DNA from: Botryllus schlosseri
Taxonomy: Eukaryota
Reading direction: 5' to 3'
DNA length: 64,000 nt
Assembly: GCA_051294905.1 (NCBI GenBank)
Contig: CM119380.1
Location: 22,878,001-22,942,000 of the forward strand
Position numbers and translations under genes: made by a program. The notes under the pieces were generated by a model. It saw only the letters and a program-made list of their open reading frames with translations. It made no database searches and had not been told where the DNA came from. Below, in pieces: positions 1 through 12,000 of the stretch (positions are counted from its first letter, which is position 1; each line of letters opens with the position of its first letter).

Positions 1-3000
1 CAACCCGTGGACTTGGACTCGCGTATATCCTCGTTGCTGCAAGGGGACTTGCTCGCGAGCAGGGAGCCCGACCGGGGCCACGACGCGATACCGGACCGAC
101 TGTCAGCTGAGCCACGCGAAAACGGACCCGCCCCGGCGCCAGTCCCGGTTCAGCATCATAACAACAGGGAGCCGCGCGATATTGACCAGCGGACTCTGCC
201 ACATGCAAACTCTGCCCCGGACCTGCCCGATGATAGATACGTCCCGAACGATCGATTACGATTTGAGCGTGATAACAGCCGAGAACACTCGCCCCGGTAC
301 CGACCACCCCGCCCGGAAATGGGACCAGACGATATGAAAATGCACGGGTATCGATACGACAGGGAGCGTGAACCCCCGCCGGGCAGGCGGTATTACGGCC
401 GACCCCCTGGGTACGACAGGGGGTATTACCGTGAGGACTGCGACGCGCGTGAAAAAGAGTACCGCAGGCGGGGCTACAGCCCGCCCCGGGGTCACTACCG
501 CCCCGGGCCGCACTCGCGGTACCGGCACCCGCCGTCGCCTGAGCGATTCGACCACGGGAGGTATTCGCCGCCGCCGCCGCGTGGTCGGCCAGATCGGTTT
601 CGAGGGTCTCGCAGTCCCGAGGGGTGGCGCAGATCGTCGCCCGGGTATCGCCCTGACGCAGACAGGGAACCGCGGCGCCGTGGGCGCAGTCCGAGCCCGC
701 CGGCGCGCGGTCGGGTCGATGTTGAGCCGCCCAGGGAGAATTCGAGGTAAAGATGCAGTCTCGCATATCATGTCTATAGATCACTAACCTGCGGATAGAT
801 AGATAACTTAGTCGTCACGCTTGAGCAGTCTAAAAGCATCGCAATTGGTAGTCCTATACTGGCGACCCGGGTGCTAAAAGTTGATAGAACTGGTCTCGAT
901 TGAAAGCCAGTTTCTCGCTGATTCTGAAAATAAAAATGAAAATCTTGTCTAGGCAATGGAACCACCCTGAAACTGTCCTCAAATTCGGAAAATCCGTATT
1001 GTTCTGAACAATCGCTTGACCAAATGGGCCGTCGTTGTGTTGCGGGCTCGCGTTGTTTGAATTGTGCCGATTTTCAGACTTTAAGGGCTGTTTCAGGGTA
1101 GTTCTGTTGCCCCGGGCAGGTTTTAGTTTCTATTTTCAGAATCAGTGCGAAACCAACTTTCGATTAAAACCTATCTTATTGAGTATCAGCGCCACGGTCG
1201 CCAGCTATAGCACTACCAATTTTCAGATTGCTCTGCACGACGCGGTTTGCGTATCTGTCTGTGTAGGTCAGTAATCTATATTATGTCCCGGGGTGAAAAT
1301 TGATTATTCTCGAAATAATTCCGTGTCTGACTTGAACAGCGGTAAAATTGTGACTTGGCATCCAGTCGAATATGCCAAATATTCGTAAGTAGAAGTGAAA
1401 TGTGAACGAGTGGGTTGTTCAAAAATAACTTTTTTCTTCAGTTTTCACTGGCTATTCGATAAAATTGTTACGTTGACTGAAAAACGCTATACCCGAAATC
1501 TGGCTCAATTCCAAGCTATAGAAGCGAAACCATTAGGTTTCAAATTTTTTTTTTCAAGTTCTTCTATAAACCCCTTACAATTGTTAAGTTTTCTAAAAAA
1601 TCGGTGTGTAGCAAATTTCACTCAATTCCAACTAGAACTAGCCACTGTAAATACTATTATTTCAAATCCAAAATTTTGTACTCGAATATCTTTGCTTTTA
1701 CCGGATGGAATTGAGTCAAATTTGCTACGTACAGTCCAGGGTTGTAATGACTCGACTCGAGTCATTTTCTCGAAATACGAAAATTGACTCGACTCGAGTC
1801 AATCTGTGTATTAACTCGACTTAGACTCAAGTCATTGCGCATGACTCGAGACTCGGACGGCCGAGACTGACATTTCATTGTAATTTCGTAGAATAGTAAG
1901 GCAACCACGCTATTGGGATTTCGTCTATTGGTACTGGCACTTGAAAATGCGGCCAGAAACTGCTAAAAGTGATAAAAATTAGTATATTATAAATGCAAAC
2001 GATTCGATATCACCAAACAGAGTTATAAAAAGTGGGTTTAACAAGACTTTAGCTGGAAAACTGAGCCGTCAACACAATGACTTGACTCGAGTCAAAACTA
2101 TAAAAGTGAGATTGACTTATGACTCGGAGCCTTGCGACTTGGTTGCAACCCTGGCTTTCTGATGAAAACGGATGCCACCGACAATGTTCCTCACATTTCA
2201 AGCGTCAATTTCGATTTTTCTATTACGCTTGCGTTTCTTGTCAGGAGGCCCAGCGGGGACGCTTCGAAAATGTCCCTGGACCAGCGTCTGAAGGAGATGA
2301 CAGGGGAAGCAGCGCCTGGACGCCAGAAGCGGAAGAAAAAAGACCTCACCAAAGAACAGCATCTCGTGCGTACCGCAAACTAGTGTCAAGTGGTCCATGA
2401 GAGGACGATGAAAATCTGACCGTTTTTTTTTCTGTGTCAATGACAAATTTTCTCGCGTCTATAATGGCGTAATGCTACCCAAAATTGCAATTACCTCTGA
2501 TTATTTCTATTTTGGCAAGATATTATCGCGTTTTATTGTCATGTCATTTTCTACATTGTGGTTTCGCTGCTACTTTAGCGTTGTAGGTAGAATAGTGTCA
2601 GCTAGGCTAGACGTGAACCAAGCTGAATTATTCGAGTACAATTGATTTCATTTTGCACTGCCCTTGTCTTCCAATTCGTTTTAATTGGGTTGCGTTGTGT
2701 TCCTACTCATGCAGTTGAAAAAAATCTGGGACCGGGTATCAGAATTTTAATTTAATTTTGTTGACTCCAATATCTATGTGGTTCAAAAAATTTCCTTGAC
2801 AAGATCTCGAAAAGGGCTTTACGCAGACCATTTAAAATTTTGATTCATTTCATTGTGTCTAGTCCTCAAAGGGGGTCCATTAAAACAAATTTAGGGGTCC
2901 GTGCTAAAAATGTTAAGAACCCTTGCAATAGCTGCTTTGCGCTTTGGCAACAATGATCATGAAAACGCGTTCGCCCTTTTTCGCAGGACAACGCGTCCTC

Positions 3001-6000
3001 TGTGGACATGGAGATATCGGAGGGGGAAAGCGACGCAGGGGACAAGCCCCAGGGCAACGGTTACGACAATCGGATCGCCGATCAGGGCGCGATTGCCGGG
3101 ACCACTCGCGAAGGGTGGAATATAACCGGCCCGCCGTGGAATGGGTGGGATTGTTTTTTTTTTGCTGCTTTTTGAGGTGTTATTGCAATGTCTCGCTGTG
3201 TTTCAGCCAAGGGGTGCCGACCGTCGAAGGGCATATGTGGAGCATGTCGCAACATGAAGGTGAGAATTATTAAACTGTTTGGGGCAGGATTGACATCTTG
3301 GTATTGTAGCAGCAGACGTTCAGATATTTGAAAAATGAGTTGAAGATTTACGACGGTTGGTTGACATATGAGCATGCGACATAATGGCATACACGGCTCA
3401 CGAGCATGTGGGTTAAAGTTAATGTCATGGTTAGGGTTACTTTAATAATAAAATAAGGGTTAATTTTAGGTTAGGTTTGAGCCTAGCGTTAGTTTGGGGT
3501 TGTAAAGTCGCGTGCTCAAATGTCTGGCGCTAATTTAGAAGTTGATTGGCAGCCATGGATGTGTTTTTTTCTTGTATATTATTATGCGTGTAGTTATTCT
3601 TTACTGTATTTTGTGTTGAAGACTTAATGGGGGAACAAAGATCCTTGTTTTGTGACTCGCGCATGGTTGAAAGGAATGTATGCGGCAATTTTGTTTGACG
3701 TGCCAGAAATGTAGGCCCACGAAATTCTAGCACCTTGATGTGTTCAGAGGTGACTCAGTAACGAAGTAAACTACTTGTCTACTTGCGCTACTTTCTCGAT
3801 CGGATTTTAGAATACTTGTAATTCACAATTTTCAGTTTTTCATACAAAACCAGGCCTTCAATACTGTTATTTACTCAGATATCGTCATTTCTATGTGAAC
3901 CTGAGCGGTAATTTTCGACGGTAATACTACTTGAGTACTGACTAAAACCCTTGAACATAGCTAACGGTGTACGGTTGCTTGCCTTACATTTTACTATCTT
4001 GTAAATTGCTATTTCTACTGGAATAGAAATTTACGTTCTTATTTCTACTTATGTACCAACGATGCCTAGTTTATAACCACCTCCAAACGTAGTTAAATGT
4101 CTCGATTTTGCTCACCTAACATTTCTACTTGCTCTCAAGTCGTTACTCGAGTAGAAATTTACAACGCCGTACGTGTTTCTCTCAGGCTTCGACAGAAACC
4201 CGCAGATTCCCGGACATTACCCGAACTACCCGAACGAGGCCTGGCCCGGGCACTTTCACCCGCCGGTGGTGCCTCCGGGGATGATGCCGCCCTACAATTT
4301 TGCCCCGCCCGACTCGTACCGCATGATGAACAACGTGGCCAACCGGCACGACCCGCGGATGTGGGACAAGGACGAGAATCTTTGTCAGTGTATCTTGTCT
4401 GCGATCGTGGAGGATTTGAAGTCGACCGTCAGTCGGGATTTGAACCGGAAGGTGGTGGAGACGATGGCTTTTAAGGTATGATGGGGCTTGTTTTTTTCAA
4501 TTTGATCGATTCCGCTCCGAAAACAACATTCGTAATTGAATATCTCATTCCAAGATCTACTGTACTGGCGCAATATTCACACCAATGCAGTGATAACCAG
4601 AGGTCGTATGTCACGAAGTACTTCTACTTTTAATGGTATAGCTTTCAATACAACATCCATTGTAATAGAACATATTAAACTCTTTCCGGGTGCCTCTTCA
4701 AGAGTTAACGGCACACTATAAGGGATTTAAACAGATTTAAAAGCAAAACCAAAAAGGCAAAGTGTGACGCAACAATCAAAATCACAGACCATGAAATTCG
4801 CATTGTACCAATGGCAACAATAACAAACTATGGAGTATACGGATATACGGTACTATAGTAGCAGCGCAATTCGTAAATAAACAGTTACACGCACGAAACA
4901 ACACGCACTAATGAGAAATTTGTAGGTTACTTTTAATGGTGTTCAAGGTATTTCGTACTTGCACTGCTCCAGTGGTGCATTTTCAGTTTGTAGGCAAAAC
5001 TAGGCCTATAATACCTGATTAATACTTGGTTTGAAATCGCTACTGTAGTGTGCATGCGTAGAAATTTATAACATTATTGCTGTGTGACAGGGAGTAGGAT
5101 TATGACTGAACTGGGCAATGTGCGGGCCAGATGCTGCGCACAGCACGATTTTGAGCGGCTTTTTATTCATTTGCCGCGATTACATAGCCTGCGCAGTCAT
5201 CCGAGTAATCCAGATTCAAAATAAAGCCAACGTAGCAAAGTGTTCCGTAACAATTAAAATCACAAAAAGTCACATTTCCTAATTAATCACCTTCTCATTG
5301 TCTAATATCAATACATCCACTGAGCAGCATGCATTAAAAATTTAATTCACTGCTTTCGAATTAGAAATACAATTAACAGGCCGCGCGATATAGTTAAGAT
5401 TATTGACTCGACCCGCCAACGTAATTGCATGCTTTGCATTTGGCCCGTGGAAAAAATGATTGCTCGGAAAATTTAAGATTTTCATGGTTGGCTCGGTCGT
5501 TTCTTTGAGGTTTACGAATCATGGTGGGACGAAAACGCAAACGCTCGAGCCCCGCCGAAACCACTCTCGGTCAGTGCCCCGCCCGAAAAGACTGTAGCCG
5601 TCGAAAAACCGGACCCCACGCCAAACGGTCAGCACGAGTCCGCCGTCAAGCCGGACGCGAAGCTCAAAAATCAATCACTGTTGAACGCCTTCGACCCCCT
5701 CAACTGGGCCAAGAACTCTTTCGAGATGGACGGTTTCCGGATAGGGCTGGGTTTGAGGTCGGCGGTTTCGAAAATGCCGTCGTTTCGGGTCAAAAAGCGG
5801 CCCAGGTCGCCGTCGCCTATGAAGGACGAGGACGGCGTCGACGCTGTCGCTGGCAAGAAAATGAAAACTGCGTCTGGAAAAGAGAATAGAGGTAAGGTGT
5901 TGTGGATGTGTTGGTAGAGTTCAAGATACTACATTCTAATGACTCGACTCGAGTCGCTGGCCTAAATTGACTCGACCCGACTCGGGCTGGATGTAAGAGA

Positions 6001-9000
6001 ATGCGGAATGACTCGTGACTCTCGGACAGATTTTTCAAGTCATCAGATATTCTACTTGACGTGCGCTCGGTTGAAAAATTCGAGACGACTCAACTTGATT
6101 TGACTCGGACGCGACGTTGGAGAAACGCGTGCGACTCTTGAGACGAATTTCAAGTCTTCCGATATTCTACTTGAAATTGACTCATAAAATCGTGTTGAAA
6201 ATTTGCATGACTTGACTCAGACTCGACGTATGAGAGCCGTGGAATGACTCGCGACTTGGAGACGAAAACAGACACATATTTTAAGTGCTCAAGTCATTGT
6301 TACCGTTGTGACATCATGAGGTGATATTTTCATACTCGTCTCGAAGCTGATACTCAATTCTGAATCGAATCATCCAGCCCTCGTGGTTATTATTCATCAC
6401 GATAAGTTTTCAAAGTTCATTCATCTTTCCTGTTGAATTAAAGAGGAGGAAATTTTTTTTGACCATCGCCCGGTAATGGACTACATCCTAGATGTAGATC
6501 GCACTGCATTTTTCGGCCCGCTGATGGCCTGACAATTTATATTCTTTTTCAGAACGAGTCCGGACGCCCTCTCGAAAGAAGCACCACCGTATCGCGGTCC
6601 TTGACAGTGAAGGGGAGGACGACCGTAGCGACGGCGAGGACAGTTACGCCGAGTCGGACCACGAGGGCAGGGTGAAATCTGGCGGTGGGTCACGGCTCGA
6701 TTGCTTGTGTTTGATAGATCGGTCGCGGCTAGATTTTTCGCTCAACCGCGGGGAGCGATCGTAACCAGGGTTGACGTGGTCGGTGGTGAAGCACACTGCA
6801 TTTTTTAGGGTAATCGAATAGGTTTTTGCCTACTAGCACTACTTGCTCGGGAGATGATCCTTTTTTTGGACTGCTTACATGCTCATTGGAGAGAATGAAC
6901 ACATTCGTTTGTGTTTCAAGTTCCATTCATTACTAAATCTGTATCTGGAGTTGTTAAAACCGGTGCCTATGAACCCGTTTCAGGTCTGTGGACTGGTTTT
7001 GAGGGATTGTTTTAATGCGAATGCTGAGACTAGAACTATGAAACTAAATTGTCGTTTATAACATCCCGTCCTGTCTTATTTCCAGCACTTACCGTAGGTG
7101 ACAAGCGAAAGTGACGACCTTTTTTAGTCACCAGGTTGCTTTTTAGGCAGCAAACGGACCAGATGGTAATACGAGGCTGTGATTTGGACCGGGGCGGAAG
7201 TAATGACCTTTTTTTCAGTCATCAGCTTCCGAAATTTCGCGGTTCGGTCAACCGCCCAAAAAATGTAGGGGTCCTTGCTAGAAAAGTCTAAGAAACACTA
7301 TATCATTATCAGCTTGAAAATTGCAAGATTGCGATTTATTGGAAGAAGAGTTATTTTGACTTTTGCGCAAGAAAATACAGCAACTTTCCGAAATAGCGAT
7401 GATAATTGTGAATGCCGTGGTTGTTTCCATGAAATTACACAATCCGACAAATCAGTTAGGTTGCGATGCCATTTCTTTGGAGGTCGAGTCTGTGATATAG
7501 CGATAGGGTCACGGGTCGGTGGCTGCGTGTGTCTTTTCCCCCGTGCTGAAGTTTTCGTTTTTCCGTTTCAGTTTTGAACGTGGACGAAGTTTTCAGCGAC
7601 TCGTCGGAAAGCAGTGCTGTGTCGTCCAGCGACGAGAAATCGTCTGACGAGGAAAGCACCGACTCCGAATCGGACGAGGAGGAAGACGGGGAGAATGAAG
7701 AGGAGGTGGTGCCACCGCGCCCCGTTGTGGAGGTCCGTGTCATGTCCGAATACAAGGCCATCTCCCATGATGGTTACCACTGCTGGCACCGTGATAACTG
7801 AATTTGGCCTGTCGAGTTTGGCACTCAGCGGCCCCTAATCATACCCTACCCGATTCTTGACTTGAATACATACAGTGATGCCGCATATTCATTGAAACAC
7901 TCATTTTTGGATTTATTATTATGATATCCATCCATCTCTTTTATAACGTGTTTTTTTTTAACCAGCCTAACAAATTTATCAAGTAGCCAGTGAAATCTGA
8001 AGAAGTTCATTTTTGAACAGCCCTACTGCACGTCCAAGTCCATATCTGGTCTATCCTGATCCTTCTCTTGTTAAAATCTTCAAATCTAGTAATGTTCTTT
8101 CAAATCAAAATTCACACTCGTCCCAGCTTTGCACTTTGTCGGGGCTGTTGTTAAAATATTTATTGTTCCTTTCACGCAGGAAATCAAAATCAAGGAACCC
8201 GCCGACCCGGTTTCAAAGCCTAGCGAAACCAGGAGAGAGTCAGAGGTTTCGGAAACGGCAGACGAAACCAAAGCCGAGCCCAAGGCGGTTTCCGGTTTCA
8301 TCTCGGAGTACGATCTTCCTTCGAGGAGCTCCTCTCGCCCGAGTCTGACCGTGTTGCATTTTTGGCAGGTCTCGTACCAGCACGGAAAGCGATACTCTGA
8401 GCAACGTGGACGACTCTAATATTTCGTCGTTGCTGTCGCCGACGGCCCACGGAGTCGCTCCTGGGGCCATCACGCCGCAACAGTTGCGACACGTGCATCC
8501 AAAGAAGCGTCATCGCTTGATATCTCACGACCAGTACGAGCCGTTTGCGAAGGTATCCTGGTTTTGAATAACGTCGATTAGTCCAGTGGTTCCCATTGCG
8601 GGCGGTATCGCCAAGGTTGTAATGACTCGAGTCGCGATTTTGTGGTGACTCGGCTTGACTCGAGTCATTTTTTTCAAATCGGCCTCGAACGTTGCATTGT
8701 AACGGAGTTTGGTATTGTGACGCAACCATGCAGCACAGGAGAGTGCGAATGCTCCATTGGTTGCGCAACAATGGCCGATACGCTTGCGGTTTGCGCTGCT
8801 TCTCACCTGCTCCCAGATGGCATGCTTGCGTCACTATGCCAAACTCCGTTACAATGTAACATTCAGGGCTGATTTTGGGGGAGTTCCAGGACCACGAGTA
8901 GAATAAAATTTATATATTCGCAATCAGTACCGCGGTAGTTTCGATTGATACCCGGCTATCAAATTTAATGCACAGAAAGTGTGACGTAGACCAATCTCAC

Positions 9001-12000
9001 TGAGCCATGAGATTTGCTTGTGTCCACACCATATAGGAGACTATAGTTAAACTATAGAAGTTGAACATGGAACGGCAACGACCGATTTTGCAGCTTCGTT
9101 CCGCTTCGCCGAGGCTGGAGTGGAGAATTGTTTTGCGTAAGCGACTGTAGGATTTCTGGCAACCCAAAAGTTATCTTCCCGAGCGCAGAAGCGGAACAAA
9201 GCTGCAAAATCGGTCGTTGCCGTTCCATGTTTAACTTCTATAGTTATACACAAGAGGCGCCCAAAGTGCTGCATGGTGTAGCGTAACATGCACCCTCTCT
9301 CTGTATTCAGCCTTCTTGTAACGTATCGATACATTTGCTGTACCTTGTGTGTCTTGAGCGGATGAAAATGTAAATGCTTACATTATTATTTGTGTGTCAG
9401 GTTCCGGCGACCGACCGGGACAAGCTCAAAGACGACCTGTCTCACATCACCGAAAAGGAGAGAACCGTACTCGAGGCCCTGACCGACTTGCACAAGACGC
9501 CCGAGCGCCGCATTACAACAGACTCTGACATGTCGGTGGCGTCGCTGCATGACAAAACAGCGGTGCCCCCGACGAAGCAAGACAACGAAATCGTGCCTGT
9601 CCCGGTCAGTCCGCAAAACGAACTCGAGGCGGTCCAGGCTTTGTTGTCGTTTAAGGAGGGCGCCGCGAAACAGCCCCCGCCCCAAAAGAGGCCAGCGGTC
9701 CGTCTGAAGTACAGGGACCCGATCACCCTGGCGGAGAGCGCGCTCGTGGCCGACCTGGCCGAGGAGCACAGTTACTTTGCGCGGAGTCATGCCGAGACGG
9801 TGTTGCCGAGCTGGGATCCGGCCCTGGCGAGGATTCTGGAAGAGCACAACTACAGGTTTGTTTGTGTTACTGTCGCGAGCTGTTATTTAAGAACAGAAGT
9901 AATCGCTGCGATTTTAGAGGGGGTGTGCACGGCCTGCATTTGTGTCGCGCTTTTCGTTCCTAATTTGCGCTACAGATTTGTAATAGCGCTGAACCCCTGG
10001 ATTTTTGGTTGAGTAAACCCTCTTTGTGACAAAGTATGCAAAAATTTTGTTTATTATTACTAGGGCAAGTTGCTGTTGCAGTCAAATCCATGGAAAGTTC
10101 CACGTTTTTTCACAAAAGTTGCAGTAAACAGTTGCATTTATGAAATTATTAGGGTATGAGATACTCGAGTCGAGTCGTATCCAAGGCACTGCAGCAAAAT
10201 TCGGTGTTGGCGACCTTAACAAAATCAATAGCCTGAAAAAATTAACCCTGTGGGAATATTAATTTTAGCAGTTCTAGCCTGAATGTATGTCTAATCAGAA
10301 AGGACGTCGAATATAAACGGCAGTGAAATAATCGAGCGATCTGTTTACATATAGTGCCAAATGTTTCCGGTAAAAAGTATGCTGCATGAAAACTCGTAAA
10401 AAATTACAAAAGGTCTCGTGAAAAATCGATAAAAAAGTTGCGTTGAAAAATGGAGAAAAGTTGGGATATAAGATTACTCCAAACAGCTTAAAACACCATA
10501 CTACTGAGTATTTAGGAAGCTGCCGGAGGCTGTGAAAAAAAGTTGCAATACCTTGCCCTAATTATTACACAATCTCCAATATGTGCTCTTTACTCCTGGA
10601 ATATTATTATTATAACCCCACCTCGTCATACAATATTAAGCACATGACCCCGGAAACTTATCAACAGCCGCTCTTTTGAGTTCTCATGCACTTGCTACAG
10701 TTTGATAGCATTTGCTACAGAAAAAGAGACGTACACGCAATATCTCAACTCCAGGACCCACTGTGAAGCGTTACAACAAGATAGCGTAATGGTGAAGCGT
10801 CCGGCTTCTTGATCGGTAGGTCGTGGGTTCCATTCCCGGCCGGGTCAGACCAAAGACCTGATTAGTAACACTGGTATCCGTGACTTCCCTGCTTGGCCGT
10901 CATGCATTACTGGGATACCATGGAGGGGTGGTGCATGACTTGGAAAGCTACTTTCTTGTCCAACGGCATATGCACATCATGCACTCGTGGTATGCATATG
11001 CGCAGATCGTGTGTATGTGTATCATGAGTCGGTGTATGTGCCGCAAAAAACATCAAGGACAAAAATAAACTACGTCCTTTCCTTATGACGCGTGTGCGTA
11101 AATACGCAGCTGTATTTGTAATTTTTTTCAGTCGCGCCATCCGCGAAGAAACCGCTTCCGACACGGAACGGCCCACCTCGCCCTTGTCGGTGTCCACCCT
11201 GTCCGCGGAATCCGTTTATAACTTCAAAGAAGACATCCCGGTAGGTACCGCAACACTCGCAATTAAGGCGGGGCAGTGGGCAATAACGGTATCTGAGTGA
11301 CTCGATTCACGATTGTTGGCTGCGAGTGCAGTATTCGAGTATGACTCGTGATGATGTCATAACAGTGTGAAAGATGCGGAAAGGTCAAATATGTACCTTT
11401 TATGCTATCACAAAGAATATAATACCATTCTACATTCGCATTTGGTATTTTCGACCATGCTTACGTTGTTGCACTTTATGCATTGCTTTGGGTTGAACAC
11501 GTCTTCACGGGTATGTTATTTCCGCGAACGTGCCAGGCTTTTTAGTACGTGTTTTGTATGCTGTAATATGACCAATCGGTATTTCAAGACTTCCGCAGTG
11601 GAAAATCCTATCGAAACTATGATTTTCATTGATAAATTTAGTCTTGGTGTCAAGGGTTGTATAATTTCCATACTCGAAAGAATCACTCTCTCATTACTCG
11701 ACTTGAGCATTAGAATTATGACTCGATCAGACTCGTACTCGAATCAAGGTACCCGAGAACCTCCCCGTAACTGACGACACGCGATTCGATTGCCAGGAAA
11801 CGATCACCGCCGCGGAACGCGTCAAGCTGCGTCGCGAGCAGCCCGAAAAGACGAGGAAATCCCCGAAGAAATCTGTGAAGAAAGCGCAGGCCGAGGTTCG
11901 TTTCGCGCCGCGCACCAAAGTCGAGGACCTCATCGTCGCGTACGAGATGTGGTGCAGCGGGCTGGACCTGGAAGACATGAAGGTGAGCGCGGTCGTCTGA

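Noticed and set aside
256-787. Overlapping antisense and alternate-frame ORFs over SETD1 exon 1 (also 8298-8834, 9386-9847, 40741-41431)
   Set aside because: These are shadows of GC-rich coding exons with no recognisable motifs.
1737-2153. Regularly recurring GACTCGAGTC units resembling a CRISPR-like array
   Set aside because: Spacing is irregular, the context is eukaryotic, and the units are subterminal repeats of a TIR element.
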